From: Leucoraja erinacea
Taxonomy: Eukaryota
Length of the DNA: 64,000 nucleotides
Direction of reading: 5' to 3'
NCBI RefSeq assembly: GCF_028641065.1
Contig: NW_026575814.1
Coordinates: forward strand, 1-64,000
The notes below the pieces were generated by a model, which was not told the DNA's origin, made no database searches, and saw nothing but the letters and a program-made list of their open reading frames with translations. The position numbers and the translations under genes were made by a program. Positions 1-13,080 of the stretch are shown here, piece after piece. The first letter of the stretch is position 1; each line of letters begins with the position of its first letter.

Positions 1-1218
1 ATTAGATCTCTTACAGCTATTGTTCCCGCAATGCCTCTCCCTTCTCCGGGGCTGGGTCGATTGTTACCGGGGGTCCTATCCCCCACTGCTCTACTTGTTT
101 TATTTGTTTCTAAATCATTGAATGGCCCTCGCCCCGCCTTACCTCTCTGAGCGGCTCCACCTATATGCCCCTACCCGGTGCCTCAGGTCAGCGGATCAGC
201 TGCTCCTTGAGGTACCAAGGTCTAAGCGGAAGCTCAGAGGGGATAGAGCCTTTTCTGTTGCTGCCGGCCCCCCGGCACTCTGGAACACCTTGCCCGCTGC
301 AGATCAGACAGGCCCCTTCACTGTCCATCTTTAAATCCTCCCTAAAAACTCACTTTTATTCACTGGCTTTCGACACTGGCCGAGACATTGTTCTCCTGAG
401 TTCCAGAGTGGTGAATCTCTGGAACTCTCTGCCACAGAGGGTAGTTGAGGCCAGTTCATTGGCTATATTTAAGAGGGAGTTAGATGTGGCCCTTGTGGCT
501 AAGGGGATCAGGGGGTTATGGAGAGAAGGCAGGTACGGGATACTGAGTTGGATGATCAGCCATGATCATATTGAATGGCGGTGGCAGGCTCGAAGGGCCG
601 AATGGCCTACTCCTGCACCTTATTTCTATGTTTCTATGTTCCTGTTTTAGTGCTTTTAATGTCTTTTAATTTTTACTGTTTTTATTGTTTGTCGTCTTTT
701 TTTTTTTTAATTTTTTTTTTATTTTATTAGAAGTAAGCACAGTCATATGGCACCAAAGTGCCTAATATATATTTTCATAATACATTTTATGTACAACTTC
801 TTTTTTTTTTGTTACATTGAAAAAAGATGAGAATAAGAAAAAGAAGTTAGATAGTAAAGGATAGAAAGATGTGAAATATTTAGTGTGTGAAGAAAGAAAA
901 CGAGTAAATGAAGAAAGTTGAGAGAGAAAATAGTGAAAAGAAAAGGAGATCATTATTTATAATCTTGACCAACCCTTGTCCAGTCCTGAAACAGTTATTT
1001 TTTTACAATTGTGTTGCACCATATGATTCCCAAAAAAACGACGAATGGAGACCAACTCGTTATGAATTGGTCTGATTTATCCATTAGGATTATAGTTTGT
1101 CGTCTTAATGGTTTTAGTAGTTTGTAATAACTTTTTGTTGACTTCCCGTGTACAGCACTTTGTGGTAACTGATGTTGTCTAAAAGCGCTTTATAAATAAA
1201 GTTATTATTATTATTATT
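1..1218 (+). mobile_element. L2-clade LINE 3' end (interrupted by CR1 and L1 fragments)
   Basis: LAPPYLS...RCLRS...GDRAFSVAA...LWN.LP..IR...SLSIFKSSLKTHF is an L2 ORF2 C-terminus; 3' tail GTACAGCACTTTG...GCGCTTTATAAATAAAG(TTA)n. Confidence 0.8.
699..1094 (-). mobile_element. L1-clade LINE 3' end with poly(A) and 12-bp TSD
   Basis: Poly(T) on the + strand; TSD GTTTGTCGTCTT at 687-698 and 1095-1106; minus-strand DKSDQFITSWSPF resembles the 39688 copy. Confidence 0.75.
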
Positions 1219-1821
1219 GGGTATCTGCACTCCCTCTTGTAGTGCCCGGGCTTCCCACACCCATAGCACACCAGCCTCATCTCGGAAGAGGTCTGGCTGC
1301 CTTCCTGTTTCCACTGCCTCTTTTTGGGGGGTGCCAGTACTATTTTGTGCACCTTGCCCTTAAAGGGCTCCTCCTCACTTCTCTCCCCATTGCGATATGC
1401 AAGGGTGAGCTTCCTGATCATCTCCGCCTCGTTAAGGTTTGGGTCAGCTGGGTCGAACCAGTGCTCGGCCGATGCCCTAACTCGCGGGAGGCAATTCACC
1501 ACCAGAGTCTTCAGCCAGTGAGCTGTTCTCTCATCTGAATTCTGCCTGTCTAAAGGCATCCCACACGCTCCCTCATACACTGCCCACAGCCTGTCTGCGA
1601 ACATGTCCAGGGACTCAGCTACCTGTTGCTTTGTCTCTCCCACCCTGGTGAAAGGACTACCCTGATTCAACCCCATGGCCTCCAGAACCGCTGTCTGTGC
1701 CGCTACCCATGTTTCAGGTCTTCCCCCTTCCCTGGAGGTCACCGCCTTGCATAGGTATGAATCTAGGGTCATCAGTAGCAGCTTTACCCGTTCTACCGCA
1801 TCGCAATCGTTTATGCGTGTG

Positions 1822-2374
1822 TACTGTGTATGCGTGTGGTACACCAGCTGCACAGCGGCTCAGAGGAAAGCGCTCCAGAGGGCCATTGACAACGCCCAGA
1901 GGATTGTCGGCTGCCCTCTCCTTACCCTGGGGGACTTACACAGTTCCCGCTGCACCAAAAAATCCCAGAGCATCATAAAGGACATTTCCCACCCCGGACA
2001 CTCCCTGTTTGAACTGTTGCCGTCAGGCAGACGGTACAGATCTACAAGGACAAGGACGAACAGACTAAAAAACAGTTTTTACCCCACTGCTATAAAAGCA
2101 CTAAATGTAGCTGCCAAGGAACGCAGGGGCGATACAGACTAAGGGACTGTGGTAACTGTGGAATCGACAGAAGGATGGAGGGTTGGGTGTTTATGCGTGC
2201 TCTTTTCGTGATATTTATTTAGTTGTTTATCTTTTAATATTTTACCTTGTATGTATCGTTAGCTTTTAGAAATGTTTGAATGGTGCACTGACTGGCTGAC
2301 ATTTTTTAATTTCATTGTACATGGCTCATGTTACAATGACAATAAAGAAACTATTCTATTCTATTCTATTCTAT
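1822..2374 (+). mobile_element. Rex/Babar-type LINE 3' end, (CTATT)n-tail family
   Basis: CVWYTSCTAAQRKALQR...HPGHSLFELLPSGRRYRS...NSFYP; nearly identical to the 7562-8148 copy. Confidence 0.8.
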
Positions 2375-2740
2375 GTCAGCTGCCTGCTGCACCTCCATAA
2401 AATGCAATGACGGGTCTCCCGCCCTGGTTAACCTGGGAAAGTGAGCCACCATCCCCCTCAGCACATGTGCCCCAAGGGGAATGACGATATCACTCTCTAT
2501 GGGCCCCCTATCTGCCTGCCCTAACGGGGGACCATATTTCCTTTGCCGTACCGGGCACATCTGCCCTACCCGGGGCTGTTGCCCATTTACCCCCGGCTTT
2601 CCCACCATGATCGGTAACCCCACCACCTTGTAGTGTGCTACACATGGCACGGAAGCCGCTAACTGAGAGTGCTCTCCCGCCCCTCCTTGGGCCTGTCCTT
2701 CCCCGGACAACCCGAACCCCACCTGCCAACCCTGACCTAT

Positions 2741-3498
2741 CATAGAAACATATAAACATAGAAATTAGGTGCAGGAGTAGGCCATTCGGCCCTTCGAGCC
2801 TGCACCGCCATTCAATATGATCATGGCTGATCATCCAACTCAGTATCCCGTACCTGCCTTCTCTCCATACCCCCTGATCCCCTTAGCCACAAGGGCCACA
2901 TCTAACTCCCTCTTAAATATAGCCAATGAACTGTGGCCTCAACTACCCTCTGTGGCAGAGAATTCCAGAGATTCACCACTCTCTGTGTGAAAAAAGTTCT
3001 TCTCATCTCGGTTTTAAAGGATTTCCCCTTTATCCTTAAGCTGTGACCCCTTGTCCTGGACTTCCCTAACATCGGGAACAATCTTCCTGCATCTAGCCTG
3101 TCCAACCCCTTAAGAATTTTGTACGTTTCTATAAGATCCCCTCTCAATCTTCTAAATTCTAGAGAGTATAAACCAAGTCTATCCAGTCTTTCTTCATAAG
3201 ACAGTCCTGACATCCCAGGAATCAGTCTGGTGAACCGTCTCGGTCCCTCTGCACTCCCTCTATGGCAATAATGTCCTTCCTCAGATTTGGAGACCAAAAC
3301 TGTACGCAATACTCCAGGTGTGGTCTCACCAAGACCCTGTACAACTGCAGTAGAACCTCTCTGCTCCTGTACTCAAATCCTTTTGCAATGAAAGCTAACA
3401 TACCATTCGCTTTCTTTACTGCCTGCTGCACCTGCATGCCTACCTTCAATGACTGGTGTACCATGACACCCAGGTCTCGCTGCATCTCCCCCTTTCCC
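2741..3498 (-). mobile_element. CR1 LINE family A 3' end, (TTTCTATG)n tail
   Basis: LVRPHLEYCVQFWSP...LYSLEFRRLRGDLIE...TRGHSL...FFTQRVVNLWNSLP. Further family-A pieces at about 404-640, 6271-6505, 24710-25092, 30306-30533, 33213-33511, 34046-34255, 44477-44902, 52340-52822, 55886-56408 and 56507-56840. Confidence 0.9.
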
Positions 3499-4021
3499 CG
3501 GCGCCTTAGGAGGCGGTCTATTCCCCTTTGCCCCTGGGGAATCATCTGCTGAGGGAAGCCCTCTGCCCCCGGGGGACCCCCCTGGTCCTACCAGGTGAAC
3601 CCGTCCCCTAGTCTTGGACAGAGTCTCCTCCAGCTGCGCTAACCTCGCCTGCAAAGGCCCGTGATCATTATCCCCTAGCTCGCTACGGGCCACCCTGTAT
3701 GCTGCTTGGATATCTTGGAACTTCCCCTCCAGCTCCCTGCACTTCTGTGTACACTGAGCCAGGAATTCCTGGGCGTTCCGTTCCCTCTCCTTTGCCTCTG
3801 CCACCTGGCATTGGAGGAATTCCTGGGCATTTCTGTGGGACTCCCTCGCCTGCAAGATACACTGCCTGGCTTTACTGCATTCCTCACATAGCCCTTCCCC
3901 TTCTCTAGCGCTTTCTTCAGCGCGGGCCCTAGCTTCCCTCAGTTGCTCTTCCAGTCTATCTGCCTGTCTCTGCATTTTTTTGCTACCTGCTGTGATAGGC
4001 ATGCTAGCCAAACTGCCTTTT

Positions 4022-4535
4022 CAAGTCAAGTCAAGTTTATTTGTCACATACACATACGAGATGTGCAGTGAAATGAAAGTGGCAATGCTCGCGGACATTT
4101 GTGCAAAAGACAAACAACAAAACAACCAAACAAATTATAAACACAATCATAACACACATATTCTTTTACATAATAAATAATAGAAGGAAAAACGTTCTGT
4201 AGAGTTAGTCCCTGGTGAGAAAGGCGTTTACAGTCCGAATTGCCTCTGGGAAGAAACTCCTTCTCAACCTCTCCGTTCTCACTGCATGGCAACGGAGGCG
4301 TTTGCCTGACCGTAGCGGCTGGAAACAGTCCGTTGCAAGGGTGGAAGAGGTCTCTCATGATTTTGTTTGCTCTGGAGTTGCACCTCCTGTTGTATAGTTC
4401 CTGCAGGGGGGTGAGTGAAGTTCCCATAGTGCGTTCGGCCGAACGCACTACTCTCTGCAGAGCCTTCTTGTCCTTGGCAGAGCAATTCCCAAACCAGATG
4501 GTAATGTTCCCGGACAAGATGCTTTCCACCGCTGC
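4022..4535 (-). mobile_element. Rex/Babar-type LINE 3' end, (GACTT)n-tail family
   Basis: ESILSGNITIWFGNCSAKDKKALQRVV; the same family occurs at 10337-10920 (+) and 51672-52333 (-). Confidence 0.8.
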
Positions 4536-5763
4536 TGTGTTTCCTGCCCTTTATTATAAGCCTTGCTTTCCGTCCATTGAGCAGCAGCTGCTGCAGGCTG
4601 CTGTGCTGTCAACAATACTATCACCCATTGTTTGGTGAGATTGATCTTTTTAAACAGATAAGAGGAGATTCTCTCCTCCATCCTGCCACGTTCTCTCACC
4701 CCCTCTGGCAAATCACATATCCCAAACCACCGAGGTCCTGCCATGGTCGCCATTCTGTAGGGGTTTTGCGTTTCCCTTTATTTCACTTCGGGCCCAACTG
4801 CCCGAGTTATTCTCTCCCTTGTCGGAGGGTCAAACAGCCACCACTCCACTCGAGCGGTTTCCAAGAAAGAGAATACAACAAAAGGGATTCCCCTGGGTTC
4901 TAGACCTCGGAATTATGGTGGGATATGATAAAAGGTTGCATTGACCAGAGTGTGCTGATGAGGGAAAACAGAAACCAAGATGGACTCAAAGCAAGTCTAA
5001 AATTTACAGGCTTTATTAAACAATGAGAAATCGAATCTCACCAACACTACATAATACGTGGCTAAACTTATGCTTTAAACTAAGACTATGGACGGAAAAC
5101 TATCGGGCACGTCGTAAAACTTACTTTACACAATTTTACTTGCAAGTACCCCCTTTCCCCTTCTTCTCAACCTCTATCCTATTTTGGGAATTTCACCAGG
5201 TCACTGGGGTACTTACAGTTGGTCTCACGAGCCGTCCAGCAGAGCAGAAAAAGAGAAAGAGTTCTGGCTTGACTCCTGTTTTATACCTGAGCTTCCTTTG
5301 AAACCCCCAGGTGGTCCTCTGGATAAAAGGGTTCTTTTGATGATTCCCAGTTTCGATCTGGCATGAACAATAGGCTTCCGATGATAAGGGGTTTGCTGAT
5401 GTCATGATCCCTCAGCCTGATCGTTATCCCATCGCCTGGATGGGCTCCTATTGTCTCGATGGATGGGTCATCCAAGATGGTGATTGAGCTTGGGCTGGCC
5501 TGTTTACCACCGTCTGCTGAGGCTTGGTTCCTTCCTTTGTGTATCCAAGATAATCTCGTTATCTCCGTCTCAGCCTTTCCTGTCCACATCATTCGCATAT
5601 TTGTGTGATGCCCAAGTCCACAGGCCAGACAGGTTTGTGGATTGGGGTTTTTTTCCGTTGCAGCCAGCAAATCTGTCTTTTTAAAATATCCATGCCCTTA
5701 TCCGAGTTCTTCCATAATTTTGGAGGATTTGCCCCAATAATTTACAAGTCCTCTCTGTCATTC

Positions 5764-6120
5764 TTTATTTTATTAGAAGTAGACATATTATAAAGTATAG
5801 TTGAATATTATAGTAAAAAAACTTTTCATATACATCAGTCATACATTATTAAAATTTTCAATTGTCGATTACTTCTACTTCTAGTGTTTTGTTTTTATAT
5901 AGAAAAAGAGAGAAAGAGATAGAAAAGTTACAAATATCAAAAAAAGAACAAAATAGGTGGAATGGATTACTTATAATACGTAATTGGAGATAGATTCGTA
6001 GATTATAAAATATGACTTTTCATCTAATCCTGTTTCAGTTGGGTTTTCGTACCGGGCCAATCTATCCCGTCAGATAATTAATGAATGGAGCCCATATTTT
6101 ATCAAAAAGTTCTTGTTTGG
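5764..6120 (-). mobile_element. L1-clade LINE 3' end with 11-bp TSD
   Basis: TSD CTCTGTCATTC at 5753-5763 and 6121-6131; A-rich tail; WAPF motif on the minus strand. Confidence 0.65.
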
Positions 6121-6992
6121 CTCTGTCATTCAATCATGGCTGATCTATATCTCCCTCCTAACCCCATTCTCCTGCCTTCTCCCCATAGCCTGTACTAATC
6201 AAAAATCTATCTATCTCTGCTTTAGAAATATCCACTGATGACCTCCACAGTTTTCTGTGGCAAAGAATTACATAGAAACATAGAAACATAGAAATTAGGT
6301 GCAGGAGTAGGCCATTCGGCCCTTCGAGCCTGCACCGCCATTCAATATGATCATGGCTGATCATCCAACTCAGTATCCAGTACCTGCCTTCTCTCCATAC
6401 CCCCTGATCCCTTTAGCCACAAGGGCCACATCTAACTCCCTCTTAAATATAGCCAATGAACTGGCCTCAACTACCCTCTGTGGCAGAGAGTTCCACAGAT
6501 TCACCTTCTGACTAAGGAAAGTTCTCCTCATCTCCTTCCTAAAAGAAGTCCTTTAATTCGGAGGCTATGACCTCTAGTCCTCGGCTCTCCCACTAGTGGA
6601 AACATCCTCTCCATATCCACTCTATCCAAGCCTTTCACTATTCTGTATGTTTTAATGAGGTCCCCCCTTACTAAATGCCAGCGAGTACAGGCCCAGTGCC
6701 GACAAAAGCTCATCATTGGGTGCTCATCATGATCATTTAGTCCAAGAAGAAATGTCCCCTCATCTCCTTCCTAAAATTACTTCCCTGTTTTTGTGCAAGG
6801 CAGTGGATATTGTTAAGGCTGAAGTAGATAGATTCCTGAAAAGTACAGGTGTCAGAGGTTATGGGGAGAAGGGGGTTAAGAGGGAGAGATAGATCAGCCA
6901 TGATTGAATGGCGGAGTAGACTTGTTGGGCCGAATGGCCTAATTCTACTATTCCTTATGAACGTATGAGAGGAATGGGCCCTTTGGCCACAA

Positions 6993-8619
6993 TGTAGGTA
7001 TGTTACAAAACTTACCTTCAGCGGTGCTGCAGATCTGCCACTATCCATGTGCGCAACTTTTGCGCCTTTGAGAGGGGGGCGGGATTAAAATGCTGTTTTC
7101 TCCTGGCTGCCGTAGTCGATCTTTCTCAGCCTGTTCAGCTGCTGAAGAAAAATCAATCCGACATCCGTTCTCTGAAGTTTTTTTAAAACAACGCTGGACA
7201 ATTTTAGCGCTGGAGTAAAATAAAACTAGACTTCTAATGGCGTCAACGCCGACAACAGGACGGATCTCCCGTATGGGCCAAATAAAGGTAAGTTGTTTAT
7301 TTTACATATAGACTTGCTTCTTAGGATTACTTTAATCCAAGTTTGACATTGCGGAAAGGTGATTTAGGCCCCATATGAACCGGGCAGTGTTTTTCCTGCC
7401 GATATGGAGTTTAAATTCACCACAACGTTCCAAATGATTGCGTTCCACAAAATCCCACTCGCAAGATGATTTAAATGGCCATTAATTTACAGAATTAAAC
7501 ACTAAGTTGCTTCCATTTGGCCTATAAATTCATGACAATGAGATTTAAAAATCATGTCGATAAAAGTCCTTTTATCGGTGCTCCATTCAGAGCGTACTAA
7601 CATACTGTGTATGCGTGTGGTACACCAGCTGCACAGCGGCTCAGAGGAAAGCGCTCCAGAGGGCCATTGACAACGCCCAGAGGATTGTCGGCTGCCCTCT
7701 CCTTATCTTGGAGGACTTACACAGTTCCCGCTGCACCAAAAAAACCCAGAATATCATAAAGGACATTTCCCACCCCGGACACTCCCTGTTTGAACTGTTG
7801 CCGTCAGGCAGACGGTACAGATCTACAAGGACAAGGACGAACAGACTAAAAAACAGTTTTTACCCCACTGCTATAAAAGCACTAAATGTAGCCGCCAAGG
7901 AACGCAGGGGCGATACAGACTAAGGGACTGTGGTAACTGTGAAATCGACAGAAGGATGGAGGGTTGGGTGTGTATGCGTGCTGTGTTCGTGATATTTATT
8001 TAGTTGTTTATCTTTATTATTTTACCGTGTATGTATCGTTAGCTTTTAGAAATGTTTGAATGCTGCACTGACTGGCTGACATTTTAAATTTCGTTGTACA
8101 TGGTCCATGTTACAATGACAATAAAGAAACTATTCTATTCTATTCTATGTTATTTTGTGAATTCTTGTGTGAATGTTATTTGGACACTTAAGCTATTTAA
8201 AAATGTTAACCTTTTCTTAAGAAATGGATAGATGTTTAGATCTAGTAATTGAATTTTGTAATTAGCTACAATTAGGTAACTAACTAATTATATGCTTTAA
8301 TTTCAGGTCATCCAAGTAAGATTGTTTCATATTTGTTACAGAATGCTTCCATTTATAATAACTGAACATTTAATTCAGTTCTCTTAATTTTTAAGAAGGT
8401 TATGGGCTTTTGACTGCCCTTGATCACAGTTTTTTGAGTTAAGTCAATGGAAAAGCAATAGGGAACAAGATGCTAATTTCAGTATGAAAATGACCATAAC
8501 TTTATTAATACTGAAGATATGAAAGTGAATTAGGTGTCAAATTAAACTTCTTTTTATGTTTTATCTGATGGGATAAATTGCAGATGTTTTTAATCTCAAA
8601 ATTTTGTAACATTGCTACA
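6993..8619. mobile_element. Putative non-autonomous TIR DNA element (hosts a Rex insertion)
   Basis: Imperfect TIR TGTAGGTATGTTACAAAA / TTTTGTAACATTGCTACA; AT-rich non-coding interior; no TSD recognised. Confidence 0.45.
7562..8148 (+). mobile_element. Rex/Babar-type LINE 3' end, (CTATT)n-tail family
   Basis: Same RT C-terminus and tail as 1822-2374; nested in a TIR element. Confidence 0.8.
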
Positions 8620-10336
8620 CCCTTCAGTTTGGGGCAAAGGGACTCTGATATTGTGGGTGGGCCATTAAGGAAAGACATTTTCACTATAGAACCCGATGGT
8701 CTGGATGTACATCTGAGTCATATTGAACTCAGTAAACTAGGGGTGGCACTGATTTTTGGCGATTGATTCTGGGGCATTCGACCTTCCAAAGTGCAACACA
8801 AAGTGCACACTTGCTCGGATTTTACTTCGGAGTCATGTGAGTGACTATGTGAAGAAGCCCGCCAGGACGCATGCGTGTCATATCGCTACGTGCATTGTGA
8901 AACGTCAGACGCGGTGGAACGACGTTCCCCCGCCAGCGGCAGTTTTTAAAAGCCGCAACTTGCAGGTAAGAGTTTACTCTGCGGTCTTTTTTATTTCCAT
9001 TTCCAACTACAGGTGGGAACATGGACAAAACAAAGAGGACAAGGGCTGTGACAAAGCTGATGAGGGAGGACCGCGGAGCAGCGGGCAGCCAGCAGCGGCC
9101 AGCGGCACTTGGATCATCGATAGTGGGATCAGCTGTGCCTGATGTCGCCTCCGCACCGAGCATGTTAACAACTGATACTTACATCTTAAGCAGTATCCAG
9201 GGATATACAATTGAGTTTATACACAAGTACAGCCCTCCAGTTCAACATATACCGAACCGAATGTTCGTGCTTTCTGATAAAGAAAAATCAGAAGCGCAAG
9301 CTGAACTGGAGCGGCTTTATGTAAAAGGTGTAATTGAGAAAACTCAACACGAACCATTAGAATTCGTGTCCAATATATTTACCAAAAACAAAAAAAGATG
9401 GTGGTTGTCGCATCATCATAGATCTGACAAAATTGAATACATTTGTACAATATATTCACTTCAAAATGGAAACCTTTGTTACTTCTAAACAATTAATTTC
9501 CAAAGGTTACTTCATGGCCAGCATCGATTTAAAAGATGCTTATAGGAGGTGACCACAGATGTTACTTAAAATTCAACTGAATGGGACAACTCTGACAGTA
9601 TAAAGCACTGCCAAATGGTTTATCATCAGCCCCCAGGCTATTCACAAAAACTTTGAAACCAGCCCTAGCGTTTCTACAGAAACGTAAACACATGGTCATG
9701 TCATATTTAGATAACATACTCATTGTGGGCAAAACTTTGGAATTGGCCAAACAAACTGTAACAGCCACAAAACAGTTATTTGAAAAACTGGGATTTATTA
9801 TCCATCCAGTAAATTCTAAACTAACGCCTAATGGACTATTTGGGGTTCACCATTGACTCAGTTCACATGTCGATGGCACTACCTAAGGGAAAGGCTAGAG
9901 ATTTAATAGAGGCTTGCAATAACCTCATTGACGTCAGCAAACCATCCATCAGATTGGTAGCAAAGGTAATTGGTAAAATGGTGGCTGCTTTTCCAGCCAC
10001 ACAATTTGGACCTCTACATTACCAAAACTTACAGAGAGCAAAAATACAAGCACTCAAAATTAATGGAGGTCACTTTGATAGACCTATGAAACTACCAATC
10101 AAAGCTAAAATGGAACTAAAATGGTGGATAGATAACATCTGGCTTTGTTCCAATCCAATCATTGTCAGTAACCCTTCCATGGTACTACAGACTGATGCCA
10201 GTGCACTTGGGTGGAGTGCCACCAATACCATCACCAGCTGTGGAGGTAGATGGACTGCTCAGGAGGCATCATTATTACTCACGCTGGGCATAAACTACCT
10301 GGAAATGTTGGGTGCATTCCTTGGCCTAAAGTCATA

Positions 10337-10920
10337 TTTACCACCTCAGGCAATTGAGGAAATTCAGAGTGTCTCCGAGGATCCTACAGTGCTTCTACGC
10401 AGCGGCGGTGGAAAGCATCTTGTCCGGGAACATTACCATCTGGTTTGGGAATTGCTCTGCCAAGGACAAGAAGGCTCTGCAGAGAGTAGTGCGTTCGGCC
10501 GAACGCACTATGGGAACTTCACTCACCCCCCTGCAGGAACTATACAGCAGGAGGTGCAACTCCAGAGCAAACAAAATCATGAGAGACCCCTTTCCACCCC
10601 TGCAACGGACTGTTCCAGCCGCTACGGTCAGGCAAACGCCTCCGTTGCCATGCAGTGAGAACGGAGAGGTTGAGAAGGAGTTTCTTCCCAGAGGCAATTC
10701 GGACTGTAAACGCCTTTCTCACCAGGGACTAACTCTACAGAACGTTTTTCCTTCTATTATTTATTATGTAAAAGAATATGTGTGTTATGATTGTGTTTTT
10801 AATTTGTTTGATTGTTTTGTTGTTTGTCTTTTGCACAAAAGTCCGCGAGCATTGCCACTTTCATTTCACTGCACATCTCGTATGTGTATGTGACAAATAA
10901 ACTTGACTTGACTTGACTTG
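10337..10920 (+). mobile_element. Rex/Babar-type LINE inserted into the DIRS RNase H
   Basis: Same family as 4022-4535; the DIRS frame GLKSY|(C)TGSYHQHVRL resumes after the (GACTT)n tail. Confidence 0.82.
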
Positions 10921-11366
10921 TACTGGGTCATATCACCAGCATGTTAGACTACAATAGACAATACCACCGTGGTAGCATACATTAACCACATGGGTGGAAA
11001 CAAATTGACATCATGTGACAATCTGGCTACTACAATTTGGCAATGGTGTATCCAGAGAGATATTTGGATATCAGCCACTTACCTACCAGGAAGACTAAAT
11101 TTAGTGGCAGACACCAGGTCACGCCAATTTAAAGAAAACTCCGAATGGATGTTGAATAAAAAAGTATTTGCTGATATTACAGCAAAATATGGAACACCAG
11201 ATATCGATCTATTCGCATCCAGACTTAACCACCCGTTACCACATAGACCAGATTTATTGCTACATCCCGTAACAAGGGATAGCCACCCATGCCATAAACA
11301 TTTGAACTTATGAATTTGTAGAGTTTAAAAACACCTCTACTACAACTGGGACTGACGGACCGAACA

Positions 11367-12299
11367 GTGAACACGATCTCGGCGCCCCAAAGACAGTCAA
11401 CCAAAAAACAGTATCTGGTCTATATCAGGAAGTGGGAGATGTACTGTCATAAAAACGACATCACCTACAGAGACATGAACATCCCGCCTGTCCTGGAATA
11501 TCTGGCAGGCCTCCACTATGATGAGGGGCTCAGTTACAGTGCCATCAACTGCGGCAGAAGTGCCCTATCGACTTACCTATGGCAGGGGACAGAGCGTTAC
11601 TCTGTTGGGACTCACCCACTGGTAACAAAATTAATGAGGGGAATTTTTAATACTAATCCCCCAAGAACCAGGTACTCCCAAATATGGGATGTAAGTATTG
11701 TCCTGAAGATGCTCAGGAATTGGTCTCCAGCAACAGCTCTGTCCCTACACAGACTGACATTAAAAACAGTCATGCTAATGGCATTGGTCACGGCACAGAG
11801 GGTACAGTCCCTGCATAAACTAAGACTGGACAATATGACTTCCTCAACTGAAAATATTAAGTTTCATATCTATGAGTTAGTAAAGCAGAACAGACAGGGA
11901 TCAGCAGGCCTCAATATACAATTTAGGTCATACCCAACAGATGACCGTCTCTGTATAGTAAGACATCTGTCGTTATATATGGAGGAAACGAAAATCCTAA
12001 GAGGCAATGAGAAGCCACTTTTGGTCAGCCACAAGCAACCACACAAAAGAGTGATGGTCCAGACCATCTCAAGATGGCTGAAACAGGTGCTAACACAGGC
12101 TGGTGTGGATACTAATATTTTTAAATCTCATTCCAGCAGGGCTGCAGCTACATCGGCAGTGATACAGTTGGATGTACCAATGGACCAAATCCTCAAGGCA
12201 GCAGGATGGTCAGGGGAAAAAGCATTCCTACTATTTTACAACAAACCAGTAATGAAACCTGGAACGTTTGCAGAAACAATTTTAAGTTCTGTAAATTAA
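11367..12299 (+). CDS. DIRS tyrosine recombinase (uninterrupted 310-aa ORF)
   Basis: Catalytic R (TAQRVQS), H-x-x-R (SHSSRAAATS), AAGW and C-terminal Tyr (FYNKP); WDV motif typical of DIRS YR. Confidence 0.88.
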   Translation: MNTISAPQRQSTKKQYLVYIRKWEMYCHKNDITYRDMNIPPVLEYLAGLHYDEGLSYSAINCGRSALSTYLWQGTERYSVGTHPLVTKLMRGIFNTNPPRTRYSQIWDVSIVLKMLRNWSPATALSLHRLTLKTVMLMALVTAQRVQSLHKLRLDNMTSSTENIKFHIYELVKQNRQGSAGLNIQFRSYPTDDRLCIVRHLSLYMEETKILRGNEKPLLVSHKQPHKRVMVQTISRWLKQVLTQAGVDTNIFKSHSSRAAATSAVIQLDVPMDQILKAAGWSGEKAFLLFYNKPVMKPGTFAETILSSVN

Positions 12300-13080
12300 T
12301 TTAAACCCATAAAAAGGGGTTATAATATTGTGTTAATAAATTTTATGATTTCAATGTCGAATTCATGTCCAAATTATGTTAACACAATTCCTCCTACAGT
12401 CATCAAGGCAGACGTGATGCATGGACTCGTTTCCACGGCATGAAATCACAGAGCTTTAAAATCTTCACGTAGTCACTCACGTGACTCCGAAGTAAAATAG
12501 TAAGATGAAACGAGAACTTACCAGTTTGAAGTTTGATCTGTATTTTATGAGGAGTTACGATGAGGGATTACATGCCCTCCGCTCCCACCCTTGATCGTAT
12601 ACTTAACTGGTATCTCTTCTCTAATCTTACTATGTTTAGTCATTACAGTTATCTGTGATTTCACACCGCTGCTTTGAAGAATGACACGCATGCGTCCTGG
12701 CGGGCTTCTTCACGTAATCCCTCATCGTAACTCCTCATAAAATACAGATCAAACTTCAAACTGGTAAGTTCTCGTTTAATCTTACTATTAAACCCCACCT
12801 GTCAATTCTCATGCGGTCGATTTATATCCCACTGTATGCGTGGGCAGCTTCCTCACTGTCTGCAAGGGCAGCATCCTTAGCCTAGGAACAAAGGAGACAC
12901 TGCCCACTCCATCACAGGTACTGACCTCCCCACCAACGAGGGGAACCAATGGTACTGCAACTGTACAATAGCAGTGCTAGTACAGGCCATGCTTTCATTT
13001 CACTCCTTCCCTTGGTGAGAAGGTATAGGAGTCTTAAAACCATGACCTCCAAGTTCAGGTACAGTTTCTTCCCAACAACC

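Larger units (their letters stand above)
1219..5746 (-). mobile_element. 5' part of an LTR retroelement (putative LTR about 4915-5746 plus gag), split by three LINE insertions
   Basis: Minus-strand TGTAA start at 5746 and AATAAA at 5012-5017. Gag pieces at about 4753-4535, 4020-3499 (coiled coil), 2740-2375 and 1821-1219, ending in the CCHC knuckle CYGCGKPGHYKREC. No PBS recognised. Confidence 0.7.
8820..12788 (+). mobile_element. DIRS1-like tyrosine-recombinase retrotransposon (internally deleted, RT inactivated)
   Basis: Begins with TTT. ITR core 8849-8881 is the reverse complement of 12681-12713. ICR 12463-12571 complements the left terminus plus the right extension 12714-12787. Contains RT remnants (FVSNIF, YLDN), RNase H (LQTDAS, INYLEM, DNTTVVAYIN), an MT-domain start (PDIDLFASRLN) and a YR ORF. 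Confidence 0.93.
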
